From an uncultured Bacteroidales bacterium (GTDB lineage Bacteria > Bacteroidota > Bacteroidia > Bacteroidales > B18-G4): a stretch of 64,000 bases of DNA. Positions 8,838 to 19,382 of this stretch are shown piece after piece (positions within the stretch are counted from its first letter, which is position 1; each line of letters begins with the position of its first letter). The DNA lies in assembly GCA_964404735.1 (NCBI GenBank), contig CAYOLA010000067.1, positions 8,619 to 72,618 on the forward strand. The letters are read 5' to 3'. A program made the translations under genes and the position numbers. The notes under the pieces were generated by a model. It did not search any database. It was not told where the DNA came from and saw nothing but the letters and a program-made list of their open reading frames with translations.

Positions 8838-10271
8838 ATGCGATCAATTTTGCCAAATATTGCCCTGCTGTTTCTCATGATGGTTACCCAGCCGCTGCTC
8901 GTGAACGCACAGGAAATTGATTCTGCCGGAAGCTTTATTATTGTCGGGCATATCATTTTCGAGGGAAACAAACAGACAAAGGAAAGGATTATCAGGCGGG
9001 AGCTCATGTTCAGGGAAGGCGATACGCTCAAGCCTGAAAAATTCAATGAACTGCTTGAAAAAAGCCGCGAAAACCTGCTGAACACCTCCCTGTTTAATTT
9101 CGTGGAGGCTGGCATCACTTCTTCTGCAGATTCACCCCCCAGGCTTAATGTGGCATTCACTTTCACCGAACGCTGGTATATCTGGCCCTGGCCCATCATT
9201 GAATTTGCCGACCGTAACTTCAATACATGGTGGAATGAAAACAGGGACCTGTCGCGGATGAGCTACGGTGTGGCACTCAGATGGGAGAATTTCCGGGGGA
9301 GAAAAGAAACGCTTGAATGGACCACCCGTTTCGGTTACAATGAATTTTACGGCCTGCAGTACACCATTCCATACCTCAATAAAAAAGAAACATTGGGTAT
9401 TACTGTGGGCGGAGGCTATGGCAGAACCAGGGAAGTCCCGGTCATGAATGCCGATAACCGGCAGGTTTATTACAAAAATGATGACAAATTCGTATTGCAG
9501 GCAATGGTTTTTCAATTTGACCTAATATACCGTAAGCGCATCCACAATACCCATAACCTGAAACTGAAATATGACCAGCGCGATTATGCCGATACCATTC
9601 TTTCGATCAATCCCGGGTTTATTCCCGGGGGCGGGAATAAGCTGCAGTACTTAACGCTTGTTTATCTGTACAAAAGCGACTTCCGTAATTATAAACTCTA
9701 TCCCCTGAGCGGCCATTATTTCGATGTTGAGGTGGTGAAAAGGGGCCTGGGGCTTATCGGAAATGGCATCGTTGATGAATTTTACGTACAAAGTGCCTTC
9801 AGGAAATATTTTGTCCTCGGACCCAGATGGTACCATGCCACCGGCCTGAATGCCCGCTTTACCAATGGGGCCGACAGACCATATTTCATGGACCGGGCCA
9901 TTGGCTACGGACGCGACCTGGTCAGGGGATATGAGTATTATGTTGTGAATGGAAATAATTTTGGGATCCTCAAAAACAACCTGAAATTTGCACTCGTTCC
10001 TGAAAATTCACTCGAAATGAACTTTATCAGGACTGAAAAATTCAGCAAGGTTCATTATGCCTTTTACCTCAATGCCTTTTTTGACATCGGATATGTTGAC
10101 CAGATGTATCCCCGCCCCGAATTGAACAACAGCCTTGAAAATACGATATTGGTAGGATATGGCCTTGGTATTGACTTTGTTACATATTATGATATGGTTT
10201 TCAGGTTCGAGTATTCATGTAACGGATTGAAGGAACACGGCTTTTTCCTGCATTTCATGGCTCCGATATAG
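8838..10271 (+). CDS. Omp85-family outer-membrane protein with a single POTRA-like domain
   Basis: Signal peptide from M at 8838 (MRSILPNIALLFLMMVTQPLLVNAQ). POTRA-like segment IIFEGNKQTKERIIRRELMFREGDTL. The rest is a long region of alternating aromatic beta-strands. Confidence 0.7.
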   Translation: MRSILPNIALLFLMMVTQPLLVNAQEIDSAGSFIIVGHIIFEGNKQTKERIIRRELMFREGDTLKPEKFNELLEKSRENLLNTSLFNFVEAGITSSADSPPRLNVAFTFTERWYIWPWPIIEFADRNFNTWWNENRDLSRMSYGVALRWENFRGRKETLEWTTRFGYNEFYGLQYTIPYLNKKETLGITVGGGYGRTREVPVMNADNRQVYYKNDDKFVLQAMVFQFDLIYRKRIHNTHNLKLKYDQRDYADTILSINPGFIPGGGNKLQYLTLVYLYKSDFRNYKLYPLSGHYFDVEVVKRGLGLIGNGIVDEFYVQSAFRKYFVLGPRWYHATGLNARFTNGADRPYFMDRAIGYGRDLVRGYEYYVVNGNNFGILKNNLKFALVPENSLEMNFIRTEKFSKVHYAFYLNAFFDIGYVDQMYPRPELNNSLENTILVGYGLGIDFVTYYDMVFRFEYSCNGLKEHGFFLHFMAPI

Positions 10272-10387
10272 TTTCTGCCATCCTTCTGCTGCTTTTCCCT
10301 CTTTATTACAGACTGTTGTTTTTCAGCATGTTTTAGCGCGTTTTTATATTTGTTAATTATTGTTAATCATATATTTATTAATTCCTG

Positions 10388-10395
10388 TATTTTTG
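10388..10395 (+). promoter_or_regulatory. -7 box TATTTTTG upstream of nadK
   Basis: Exact TAnnTTTG match 40 nt before the nadK ATG, in a 164-nt AT-rich intergenic region. A second exact match (TATATTTG) sits at 10345-10352. Confidence 0.5.
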
Positions 10396-10435
10396 TAAAC
10401 TTGCAAGGTTTTATAAATCATATGATATACGGGTA

Positions 10436-11314
10436 ATGAAGCTTGCTTTATTCGGTAAAGGCATCAGTGGGGAAAACAATCAGTATCTGGTACAGTTAAT
10501 TGATAAACTTCTGGACTATCAATGTGAACTGCTCATTTACCGTCCTTTCATGGAAAGCCTGGAAGGGTTGATCCCCTCTGTTGATAAGGTAACCGTTTTT
10601 GAGCATCATCAGGATTTGCATGCCAACACCGGCATGGTGCTTTCTGTCGGTGGCGACGGTACCCTGCTTGACACGGTTGCGCTGGTGCGTGATTCAGGAA
10701 TTCCCGTGCTTGGCATTAATTTGGGCAGGCTGGGCTTCCTTTCCAGTATTGCCCGCAATGATATGATCCCCGCCATCGAAAAGGTGGTTAAGGGTGCGTA
10801 TGCGCTGGAAGAGCGAACCTTGCTACATCTCAGCAAGAAAAACGGAATGTTCTGTGATTTCAGCTATGCCCTCAATGATATTACCGTAACCAGGAAGGAT
10901 TCTACAAACCTTATCGTGATCCATGTTTATGTTGACGGTGTTTTTTTGAATTCTTACTGGGCCGACGGACTGATCGTTGCCACCCCGACAGGCTCAACAG
11001 CTTATTCGATGAGTGGCGGGGGGCCTATCATAACACCCGATTCTGAGAATTTCGTCATCACCCCCCTCGCCCCGCATAATCTCACCATCAGACCCATCGT
11101 TATTCCCGACAGGAGCGAAGTCAGGATCAAGGTTGAAGGCAGGGACCAGGCTTTTCTGGTAAGTCTCGATTCAAAGACCGGGGAGATCAGCCCCGGCGAG
11201 GAGATCGTCATTCGAAAAGCCGCCTTTAAATTTAACCTGGTGAAACCCGAAAACAAGGATTTCTTTACCACCATACGCGATAAACTGAAGTGGGGGCTGG
11301 ATGCCAGAAATTAA
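10436..11314 (+). CDS. nadK: NAD kinase
   Basis: GGDGTLL motif, NDITV, TPTGSTAYSMSGGGPI. Typical 292-aa length. Confidence 0.9.
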   Translation: MKLALFGKGISGENNQYLVQLIDKLLDYQCELLIYRPFMESLEGLIPSVDKVTVFEHHQDLHANTGMVLSVGGDGTLLDTVALVRDSGIPVLGINLGRLGFLSSIARNDMIPAIEKVVKGAYALEERTLLHLSKKNGMFCDFSYALNDITVTRKDSTNLIVIHVYVDGVFLNSYWADGLIVATPTGSTAYSMSGGGPIITPDSENFVITPLAPHNLTIRPIVIPDRSEVRIKVEGRDQAFLVSLDSKTGEISPGEEIVIRKAAFKFNLVKPENKDFFTTIRDKLKWGLDARN

Positions 11315-11362
11315 TTCGAACCGTAAACAAGAAAAACACGAATAATGCGTTTGGGGAACTAT

Positions 11363-12172
11363 ATGAAGAGGATTACATTGTTATTGTTCATTTCTCTGGC
11401 AGGTGTAAGCCTGCAGGCGCAGAAGACAATGGAAGTCGGCGTTTTTGGCGGCGGCTCCTATTATATCGGTGACCTGAACCCGGCCATGCATTTTTTGATG
11501 ACCAGAGCTGCTTATGGCGTGGTAGCCCGCCTGAACCTCGACTCCCGCTGGACGGCAAGGCTGACTGCCTACCGGGGTGAAGTTGCCGGCGATGATCAGG
11601 TTTCCGGGCGTGTGGCCGGGCGCGAACTGAAATTCGAATCCCCAATTACCGATATCTCAGCCGTGATCGAACTCAACTTCTTTAACTATATTACGGGCAG
11701 TACGCGCAATTTCCTGACGCCATACATATTCGGTGGTGTAGGGGTGTTCATGTTCAGGCCCGAATCCGATGGCGTGTCATTGCGTGAACTTGGCACGGAA
11801 GGACAAAATACCGGCTTCGACGGAAGAAGCCCTTATAACCTTACCCAGATTGCCATCCCCTTTGGCTTTGGTTTTAAATACAGCCTTTCCAAAAGGCTGG
11901 CTTTTGCCTTTGAATGGGGAATGCGTAAGACCATGACCGACTACCTTGATGATGTCAGTACAACATATTACCTGGAAGGTGAAAGCATCAGTACCTCCAA
12001 CCAGGCAGGGATGCTGTCAGACCCAACCCGCAGCCACCAGCCATACCAGGCCAGGGGTAATGCCAGTAACAACGACTGGTATTCCTTTTTTGGCGCTACT
12101 GTAACCTACAGGTTTACGATAGGAAAAGACAGGGGGTGCAGCAGCTTTATTGATAAACGCAAAGATTACTGA
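11363..12172 (+). CDS. Outer-membrane beta-barrel protein (DUF6089-like)
   Basis: Signal peptide MKRITLLLFISLAGVSLQAQ, amphipathic beta-strand pattern, barrel-end-like TVTYRF. It occupies the position between nadK and uppS that I recall for this family. Confidence 0.55.
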   Translation: MKRITLLLFISLAGVSLQAQKTMEVGVFGGGSYYIGDLNPAMHFLMTRAAYGVVARLNLDSRWTARLTAYRGEVAGDDQVSGRVAGRELKFESPITDISAVIELNFFNYITGSTRNFLTPYIFGGVGVFMFRPESDGVSLRELGTEGQNTGFDGRSPYNLTQIAIPFGFGFKYSLSKRLAFAFEWGMRKTMTDYLDDVSTTYYLEGESISTSNQAGMLSDPTRSHQPYQARGNASNNDWYSFFGATVTYRFTIGKDRGCSSFIDKRKDY

Positions 12173-12179
12173 TACAGGA

Positions 12180-12935
12180 ATGAATAGGATGGATCTGAAA
12201 AGCCGTATCGACACCGGTCGCCTTCCCCGGCATATAGCCATTATCATGGATGGAAACGGGCGTTGGGCCAGGCAGCGGGGAAAACCCCGTACTTTCGGCC
12301 ATCAGAACGGGGTTACCTCGGTACGGGAAACTACCGAGGCCGCAGCAGAACTCGGAATCGAATATTTTACACTTTACGCATTTTCAACAGAAAACTGGAG
12401 CAGACCCAAATTTGAAATTAATGCATTGATGACACTCCTGCTTCAAACCATCAACAAGGAAACAAAAACCCTGAACGAAAACAATATCCGCCTTCAAACC
12501 ATTGGCGATACCGCAAGCTTTCCGCTACGTACCCGCAAACAACTTGAAAAAGCAATACACGATACAGCCGGCAATTCCCGAATGACGCTTACACTGGCAC
12601 TTTCATACAGCGCACGCTGGGAGATACTAAAGGCTGTAAAAAACGTTGCAGAAGGAGTCCGTGAGGGTAATATCGATCTGAACGACATTAACAGCAATCT
12701 CTTTTCAGGCTTTCTGGAAACAAAGAATATGCCCGACCCCGAGCTGCTCATTCGTACATCAGGCGAATACAGGATATCCAACTTTCTCCTGTGGCAGATT
12801 GCATATACAGAATTGTATTTTACACCGAAACTCTGGCCTGATTTCAGGAAAGACGACCTGTATCAGGCAATCATCGATTACCAAGGACGAGAAAGAAGAT
12901 ACGGAAAAACAAGTGAACAAGTAAAAGCAGAATAA
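12180..12935 (+). CDS. uppS: Undecaprenyl-diphosphate synthase (isoprenyl transferase)
   Basis: HIAIIMDGNGRWA, FSTENWSRP, IRTSGEYRISNFLLWQIAYTELYF. Start placed at ATG 12180. Confidence 0.92.
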   Translation: MNRMDLKSRIDTGRLPRHIAIIMDGNGRWARQRGKPRTFGHQNGVTSVRETTEAAAELGIEYFTLYAFSTENWSRPKFEINALMTLLLQTINKETKTLNENNIRLQTIGDTASFPLRTRKQLEKAIHDTAGNSRMTLTLALSYSARWEILKAVKNVAEGVREGNIDLNDINSNLFSGFLETKNMPDPELLIRTSGEYRISNFLLWQIAYTELYFTPKLWPDFRKDDLYQAIIDYQGRERRYGKTSEQVKAE

Positions 12936-12941
12936 GCAGGG

Positions 12942-15626
12942 ATGAAAAACGATACAAAAAAAGACTTTTCCAGAAATACAATTCCCTGCCGGGCCTGCTT
13001 CACCTGCCTGTTGCTTTTTATGCTATTATTCATCTTTAGTCCACCCGGCTTTTCGCAGAATGCAGGAGATGATGACCCACCATTGGTCGACTACGCCTCC
13101 CAGAAAAAATATGAAATAGGCGGTATCACCATTTCAGGGATCGAACACCTCGATCAAAATGTGCTCATCATGCTTTCAGGCCTGAAAATCGGGGAAAGGA
13201 TCGATGTTCCGGGCGAAAAGATCACCAATGCCATTAATAAACTCTGGGATCAGGGTTTGTTTGAAGACATCAGGGTAACCGCCTCCAGGATACAGGGCGA
13301 ATTGATCTTCCTTGATATCTATCTGCTTGAACGTCCACGCCTTTCGAAGTTTTCTTTTAAAGGTATCCGAAAATCGGAAGCGGACGACCTGCGAAAGGAT
13401 GAATTGCGGCTGACCAGGGGTGATGTAATCACTGATAACCTGCTGATCAGGATCAGGAATTCCATAACATCCTATTATGATAAAAAGGGCTTTCTTGATG
13501 TGGCAGTGGATGTTGTCCAGATCCCCGATACTTCAAGAGTAAACCATATGATCCTTGAAATCAGAATTGATAAGAATGACAGGGTCAGGATACAACAGAT
13601 CAATATCCATGGAAATGATTTTCTGACAGCCCAAAAGATAAAGGCAACACTGAAGGAAACCAAGGAAAAAAGTATGCTGACCCCGCTGTCGGGATTTGAT
13701 AAACTCCTGATTGATCTGGTTTGGGATGCATTGCAGATCAAGTTCCCTAAAATGATCGATGATATTCAATTGTATGTGAATGAGAATTTCCGCCTGAGAA
13801 TATTCAAATCGTCAAAATTCATTGAAAGCAATTATGAAGATGACCGTTTTAAACTGATTGATAAATACAATGACTTTGGATACAGGGATGCTAAGATCAT
13901 AAAGGATTCCATATCCAGGAACCCCGACGGCACACTGAATATCGACATCTGGATCGACGAGGGCAGGCGTTATTATTTTAGGAACATTGCCTGGATCGGG
14001 AATACAAAATATACCAGCGAGTACCTTAACACCATCCTGCGTATTGAAAAGGGAGATGTTTATAATAAAGACCTGTTAAACACAAATCTAACTTTTAATC
14101 CGAACGGATTTGACGTGAGTTCACTCTATCTCGATGATGGCTATCTCTTTTTCTCGGCCGAACCTGTTGAGGTGTTGGTTGAGAACGATTCGATCGATCT
14201 GGAGATCCGTATCAGGGAAGGTAAACAGGCTACCATCAACAAGGTGGAGGTAAGAGGGAATACAAAAACCAATGACCATGTGGTGATCCGTGAAATCAAG
14301 ACCCGACCCGGCGACCTTTTCAGCCGCGATGCCATTATCCGCACAATCAGGGAACTGGGGCAGTTGCGGTATTTCAACCCCGAAACCATTAATCCCGACG
14401 TACTGCCCAACCCGGAAGATGGAACCGTCGATATTATTTATTCTGTGGAAGAGACCTCTGCCGACCAGATTGAATTATCGGGTGGATGGGGATATGGCAG
14501 GATCATCGGCACCCTGGGTGTTTCCTTCAATAATTTCAGCCTTCGAAACTTCTTTAAAAAGGGGGCATGGAAGCCCATCCCTGCCGGCGACGGGCAAAAG
14601 CTTTCAGTCAGGCTGCAGAGTTATGGCAGGGGTTACATCAGTTATAGCGCCTCATTTACCGAACCCTGGCTTGGAGGCCGTAAACCCAATGCATTCAGCG
14701 TATCATATTTCCATTCACTCTTTTCAAACGGACTGCCGCGGAGCGATACAAACAGGTCATATTTCAAGATTAACGGACTAACCTTTGGCCTGGGCCAGCG
14801 ACTCAGATGGCCCGACGACTTCTTTACCCTTTATCAGGCTGTTAACCTGCAGCGTTATGAACTTGACAACTACTCCAGCATTTTTGCATTCGGAGATGGT
14901 TCCGGACATTATAATAACTTTAGCTATAACATTGTTTTTGGAAGAAATTCAACGGCCCCCAGTTATATCTATCCGCGTTCCGGATCAGATCTTTCCTTAT
15001 CACTTCAGCTAACACCGCCATATTCCCTGTTCAGCAATAAGGATTATTCCGTTATGCCTGAAAAGGAAAAATATAAATGGATAGAATATCATAAATGGAA
15101 ATTTGAAGCAACCTACTTTCTTGAAGTCGCACCAAAGTTCGTTATTATGGGAAGGCTGAAATACGGCTTTCTCGGGGCTTACAACAGCAGTATCGGTGTA
15201 ACCCCATTTGAACGCTTTTACCTTGGGGGCGACGGGCTTTCGGGATACAATAACCTGGATGGCCGTGAGATCATCGGCATGCGGGGTTATGGCAATGAAA
15301 CCCTTACACCCTTCTATTACCGGGACAGGAATTCGGGCGGTACGGTTTATTGCAAATATACCCTGGAAATGAGATATCCGCTATCGCTCAACCCCTCTGC
15401 CACCATTTATGCCCTTGCCTTTCTCGAAGCCGGAAAGGCATGGCTGTATCATCCCGAGTTCGATCCCTTCAATGTTTACCGCTCGGCGGGTGTCGGATTA
15501 AGGGTCTTCCTTCCGATGTTCGGAATGCTGGGCCTCGATTGGGGTTATGGATTCGATAAGGTGCCCGGACTGCCGGGAGCCAATGGCGGACAATTCCATT
15601 TCTCTATCAACCAATCAATCGATTAA
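12942..15626 (+). CDS. bamA: Outer membrane protein assembly factor BamA
   Basis: 894 aa with repeated POTRA-like segments (ISGIEHLDQNVLIMLSGLKIGERI, IHGNDFLTAQKIKATL, VRGNTKTNDHVVIREIKTRPGDLF) and a C-terminal Omp85 barrel. It sits in the uppS-bamA-ompH-ompH order. Confidence 0.9.
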   Translation: MKNDTKKDFSRNTIPCRACFTCLLLFMLLFIFSPPGFSQNAGDDDPPLVDYASQKKYEIGGITISGIEHLDQNVLIMLSGLKIGERIDVPGEKITNAINKLWDQGLFEDIRVTASRIQGELIFLDIYLLERPRLSKFSFKGIRKSEADDLRKDELRLTRGDVITDNLLIRIRNSITSYYDKKGFLDVAVDVVQIPDTSRVNHMILEIRIDKNDRVRIQQINIHGNDFLTAQKIKATLKETKEKSMLTPLSGFDKLLIDLVWDALQIKFPKMIDDIQLYVNENFRLRIFKSSKFIESNYEDDRFKLIDKYNDFGYRDAKIIKDSISRNPDGTLNIDIWIDEGRRYYFRNIAWIGNTKYTSEYLNTILRIEKGDVYNKDLLNTNLTFNPNGFDVSSLYLDDGYLFFSAEPVEVLVENDSIDLEIRIREGKQATINKVEVRGNTKTNDHVVIREIKTRPGDLFSRDAIIRTIRELGQLRYFNPETINPDVLPNPEDGTVDIIYSVEETSADQIELSGGWGYGRIIGTLGVSFNNFSLRNFFKKGAWKPIPAGDGQKLSVRLQSYGRGYISYSASFTEPWLGGRKPNAFSVSYFHSLFSNGLPRSDTNRSYFKINGLTFGLGQRLRWPDDFFTLYQAVNLQRYELDNYSSIFAFGDGSGHYNNFSYNIVFGRNSTAPSYIYPRSGSDLSLSLQLTPPYSLFSNKDYSVMPEKEKYKWIEYHKWKFEATYFLEVAPKFVIMGRLKYGFLGAYNSSIGVTPFERFYLGGDGLSGYNNLDGREIIGMRGYGNETLTPFYYRDRNSGGTVYCKYTLEMRYPLSLNPSATIYALAFLEAGKAWLYHPEFDPFNVYRSAGVGLRVFLPMFGMLGLDWGYGFDKVPGLPGANGGQFHFSINQSID

Positions 15627-15695
15627 ATTCGCCTGGCAACTTATGGCAGGCTTTTTGCTTAGGTTTATAAAAATAAAACACCGGAGGATAAAAAA

Positions 15696-16334
15696 ATGAA
15701 AAAACTCACAATTGCACTGGCTGTCTTTTTTGCAGCTTTTACTACCACCTTTGCCCAGAAATATGCATATGTGGATACGGATTACATTCTTTCCAACATT
15801 CCCGAATACCAGGATGCCCTTGATATTTTGGATGAGTTTTCCATCAAATGGCAGAAAGAGATCGAGGCAAAATTTGCCGAAGTGGATGCCTTGTATAAAG
15901 ATTACCAGGCCGAAGCGGTTCTCCTGCCGGAAGACATGAAAAGGCAGCGGGAGAATGAAATAATTAAACGCGAAAAGGAAGCCAAGGACCTTCAGAAAAA
16001 GCGTTTTGGCCGTGATGGCGACCTCTACCTGAAGCGGCAGGAACTGGTTGAGCCCATACAGGAAAAAATATTCAATGCCATACAGGATATAGCAGAAAAG
16101 GAGAACTATGCCATCATTTTCGATAAGGCCGGAAGCCTTACCATCCTTTTTGCCAGGGAAAAATTTGATCTCTCCGATGATGTGCTGGATGAAGTAGGTA
16201 CCGTAATGCAAACCGTAAGGCGGGCCGACAGGAAACGTCCGGGAGCCGGACAGGCCGCTCCTTCCTCTCAGGAAAGCAGCGGAAGCAACAGCAACAATGC
16301 CAATAAAATGATCGAACGCAGCCGGACACAATAA
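15696..16334 (+). CDS. ompH: OmpH/Skp-family periplasmic chaperone
   Basis: Signal peptide followed by a Lys/Glu-rich coiled-coil body (FAQKYAYVDTDYILSNIPEY...). Has a Ser/Asn-rich tail. Confidence 0.8.
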   Translation: MKKLTIALAVFFAAFTTTFAQKYAYVDTDYILSNIPEYQDALDILDEFSIKWQKEIEAKFAEVDALYKDYQAEAVLLPEDMKRQRENEIIKREKEAKDLQKKRFGRDGDLYLKRQELVEPIQEKIFNAIQDIAEKENYAIIFDKAGSLTILFAREKFDLSDDVLDEVGTVMQTVRRADRKRPGAGQAAPSSQESSGSNSNNANKMIERSRTQ

Positions 16335-16414
16335 GTGTTTAATTGCCACATTATCAATTGCTGCGAAAATGCATTAATTCATATGAATAAATGTGGACAA
16401 ATAAAATTATTCCT

Positions 16415-16422
16415 TACATTTG
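16415..16422 (+). promoter_or_regulatory. -7 box TACATTTG upstream of the second ompH
   Basis: Exact TAnnTTTG match 38 nt before ATG 16460. Confidence 0.45.
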
Positions 16423-16459
16423 CGCTGAAATCAGGAATCTAAAACTTATACCTAATAAA

Positions 16460-16972
16460 ATGAAAAGTGTTTTTAAAGTAAGCATGCTGGTTGTTTTAAT
16501 GGCGCTGGCTACCAATGCCTGGTCGCAGACCGGTCTGAAAATCGGGTACATCGATTCGCAGGAACTGATCGAACTAATGCCCGGGAAGGATTCAGTGGAG
16601 AAAGCCCTGATCGCTTACCAGCAGTTGCTGGAAGAGCAGATCGGTGCCATGTACAATGAATACCAGAGTAAAGTTGCCGACTATACCAATAATGTGGATG
16701 CCATGTCGGCCATCATTAAGCAGTCAAAGGAGCGGGAGATCGCTGACCTTGAAAGACGCATTACGGAATTTCAGCAGGGTGCCGAAAATGATTTCGGGGC
16801 CAAACAGGCTGAATTATATGATCCCCTGATCACCAGGGCAAGAAATGCCATCAATGATGTGGCAGCGGAAAATGGATTCACCTACATCCTGGATGTCAGC
16901 ATGGGTACTGTCCTTTACTACGAAGCAGGCATTAATGTTATGCCAATGGTTCGTAAAAAACTGGGATTATAA
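16460..16972 (+). CDS. ompH: OmpH/Skp-family periplasmic chaperone (second copy)
   Basis: MKSVFKVSMLVVLMALATNAWSQ signal peptide, then IGYIDSQELIELMPG and a coiled-coil body. Start placed at ATG 16460. Confidence 0.8.
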   Translation: MKSVFKVSMLVVLMALATNAWSQTGLKIGYIDSQELIELMPGKDSVEKALIAYQQLLEEQIGAMYNEYQSKVADYTNNVDAMSAIIKQSKEREIADLERRITEFQQGAENDFGAKQAELYDPLITRARNAINDVAAENGFTYILDVSMGTVLYYEAGINVMPMVRKKLGL

Positions 16973-16986
16973 GCCGCGTACCTGTC

Positions 16987-17021
16987 AAAAAAATTACCCG
17001 CCCCAAAGGCGGGTTTTTTTG
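16987..17021. terminator. Bidirectional rho-independent terminator between ompH (+) and the cytochrome c gene (-)
   Basis: 7-bp stem ACCCGCC (16996-17002) / GGCGGGT (17008-17014) with loop CCAAA. A7 run upstream and T7 run downstream. Confidence 0.75.
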
Positions 17022-17097
17022 TCTGTTGCCGCAAAATATGTTAGCATGATCGTTGAACTTTCTCATAAGGCTAAGGTCTATCAATGTCCCTTAACCC

Positions 17098-17973
17098 TCA
17101 GGCTCCCAGTTTCCGGATCTTTTTAACCTGCAGCAATACGTATAGGATCACCCCCATGATCCCTGCTATGGTGCCGAAAAAGGAGATCAGCAACCACAGC
17201 GGGACATAGTCGTTGTCTTTCCAGAGTTCCCTTTTTTCGTTCCAGTAAGTCTTTTTTCCGATGCCCCAGGCAATTTCCTGCATGGCTTCCTCCGGGTAGT
17301 ATTCGCTGTCTTCAACCCTGGCAATTACCTGTAAAAGCCCATTCTCTCCCGGTATGCCTTGCGGGAAGTCAATGGAAACAATGCCTTCACTGCCGGTATA
17401 GTTCCTGTTTCCGCCAATCAGCATATCTGCAAAATACCTTTTGATGTAGAAGTTGACCCTGATCTCCCTGGCAGGGGTACGCTCTCCGTTTTCAAGGATC
17501 TCATAAACACGGGCAATAACGGTATTGACGCTGTCGTTTTCGTTGAATTCGAGCACGACCGCAGCGTTTTTCCTCGATATTTCTTCAACCGGTTCAGCGA
17601 AGGTCCGTATGTAATTGATCACATGCCAGAGGTCGGTATCTGCCGATGTTCTGAAGCTGGGCATCAGGCCGCGGCCTTCCTGTAATTTATAGAAGAGGGC
17701 CCCGTCGGTCTGGTCGGTGAAAGCCTTGATGGTCATATTCCCCGAAGGGATCACACCGTCGCCAAGACCTGTGGCTCCATGGCAGGCCTGGCAGTTCATT
17801 TCATAAAAAACTTTTCCGGCATCCAGGGTTTTTTTATTGACTTCGGTGGGGTTGATGATATCATCGGCTTCGGGCGGGACAATCCAGGGCGGGAATTGCG
17901 TGGAAGCCAGCAATACCATACAACTGAATATGAAGAAGGCGCCGAGGAGTTTATTTTTAATGCTTGCTTTCAT
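17098..17973 (-). CDS. Membrane-anchored monohaem c-type cytochrome with extra beta-rich domain and C-terminal TM helix
   Basis: N-terminal hydrophobic anchor, a single CQACHG haem-binding site with a candidate distal Met in GRGLMPSF, a ~150-aa beta-rich region, and a C-terminal helix LWLLISFFGTIAGIMGVILYVLL. Confidence 0.8.
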   Translation of the reverse strand: MKASIKNKLLGAFFIFSCMVLLASTQFPPWIVPPEADDIINPTEVNKKTLDAGKVFYEMNCQACHGATGLGDGVIPSGNMTIKAFTDQTDGALFYKLQEGRGLMPSFRTSADTDLWHVINYIRTFAEPVEEISRKNAAVVLEFNENDSVNTVIARVYEILENGERTPAREIRVNFYIKRYFADMLIGGNRNYTGSEGIVSIDFPQGIPGENGLLQVIARVEDSEYYPEEAMQEIAWGIGKKTYWNEKRELWKDNDYVPLWLLISFFGTIAGIMGVILYVLLQVKKIRKLGA

Positions 17974-17997
17974 GTTTCGGCAGTATTTGGTCTTTGG

Positions 17998-19371
17998 TTA
18001 TTTCTTTAAATCGTCCAGTACAACTTTTTCATGTGGGTTTTCATGGCCGTTTTCCCTGGCCGTTTCCCAGATGGGGACCAGCGGAAAGAACTTTGCAAAC
18101 CAGGTTATTATGAGCAGTACGATGGCAATGGTCATCAACGTGATCACCGATTCATAATACGTAGGAATATAATGATGCCAGCTTTCGGGCACGTTTTGTA
18201 TGGGCAGGGTGGGGTTGAACTGGGTGGGGATAACGATCAGCATGCGTTTTGTCCAGGCAAAGACGATCACCAGCAATGAGATGATGAACAGCGGCAATGG
18301 TTTTCTGACACCTTTAAACAGGAGCAGGATGAGCGGAATGATCATCCCTCCGGTTTGTGTAGCCCAGAAAAGCGGTGCTTCACGGCCGACAAAAAGGTCG
18401 AGCAGGTGCTGGCCCTCGAGTTTCTGCATTTTATAGCCCGGAACCAGAAATTCGTTGATGTTAAAATAGAGGTATACCAGGCCGGTGAGGAAGAGCAGGC
18501 GTCCCATCATGTCGAAGTGCTTTTGGGTGATATAGTTCTTCATCACGGGGCGGCTTTTCAGGATGATGTACATGGCGGCGAGCACGGCAGCAGCCCCCAC
18601 CATGAAGGCACCGGAAACGAAATAGGGGCCGAAGATGGTACTGTCCCATCCGGCTCTGCTGTTAACGGCAAAAAGCCAGGAGGTAACGGTATGGATAGCA
18701 AAGGCTACGGGAAGGACTACAATAAGCATGATACGGATTGACTTTTTAAGAAGCTTCCATTGCGCTGTAGTCCCTTGCCAGTTCAGGGCCAGCAAATGAT
18801 ACATCTTTCGCTGCCAGCGGGGTTTTTCGTTCAGGGTGTCGCGCATGATGGCTATATCCGGTATCATGGGCAGATACAGCAGGATGATACTAATAAGCAG
18901 ATACATGTTTACCACGGTCACATCCCACACAATGGGCGATTGTATCCTGCCGTGGAGAAAGATATTCATGACCCTGTCGGGACGGCCCATGTCGATGATG
19001 ATGGTCACGGCGGCCAAAGCAACCGCAGCCACGGCGATGATCTCCGCAATGCGCGTAATGGGTGTTGCCCATTTGATATTGAGAAGTTTCAGTATGGCTG
19101 TGACCAGTGAGCCCACGAGGCTGACTGCCACCAGGAAGACAAAGTGCCCGATATACATCCCCCATGATGAATAATCACGCATGGACGTTACGCCAAGGCC
19201 CGTAAACAACTGGTAAATATAAGCCATGGCTCCCACGGCAATGAGAAATATCAGCAATCGGGTCCAGAGCTTGTTGCGGAATTTTTCTTTCCTTACCGGT
19301 TCGAGCAGCTCGGTGACGATCACCTTCAGGTCTTTTCCTGTTTTGTTGTTTTCGGTTATTTCAACAGCCAT
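17998..19371 (-). CDS. NrfD/PsrC-family quinone-interacting membrane subunit (10-helix, ActC-like size)
   Basis: 457 aa. I count about 10 hydrophobic helices by eye. It lies directly downstream of a Tat-exported 4-cluster-type ferredoxin, which is the usual NrfC-NrfD pairing. Confidence 0.75.
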   Translation of the reverse strand: MAVEITENNKTGKDLKVIVTELLEPVRKEKFRNKLWTRLLIFLIAVGAMAYIYQLFTGLGVTSMRDYSSWGMYIGHFVFLVAVSLVGSLVTAILKLLNIKWATPITRIAEIIAVAAVALAAVTIIIDMGRPDRVMNIFLHGRIQSPIVWDVTVVNMYLLISIILLYLPMIPDIAIMRDTLNEKPRWQRKMYHLLALNWQGTTAQWKLLKKSIRIMLIVVLPVAFAIHTVTSWLFAVNSRAGWDSTIFGPYFVSGAFMVGAAAVLAAMYIILKSRPVMKNYITQKHFDMMGRLLFLTGLVYLYFNINEFLVPGYKMQKLEGQHLLDLFVGREAPLFWATQTGGMIIPLILLLFKGVRKPLPLFIISLLVIVFAWTKRMLIVIPTQFNPTLPIQNVPESWHHYIPTYYESVITLMTIAIVLLIITWFAKFFPLVPIWETARENGHENPHEKVVLDDLKK

Positions 19372-19382
19372 AATGATAATGC

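Noticed and set aside
15636-15660. Possible terminator between bamA and ompH (GCCTG...CAGGC plus TTTTT)
   Set aside because: Only 5 clean base pairs with an 11-nt loop. This is too weak, and the genes are normally co-expressed.
15615-16349. 244-aa minus-strand ORF covering the first ompH gene
   Set aside because: It is fully antisense to a Lys/Glu-rich gene, and such genes give stop-poor Phe/Leu-rich antisense frames. It has no signal, no motif and no promoter.
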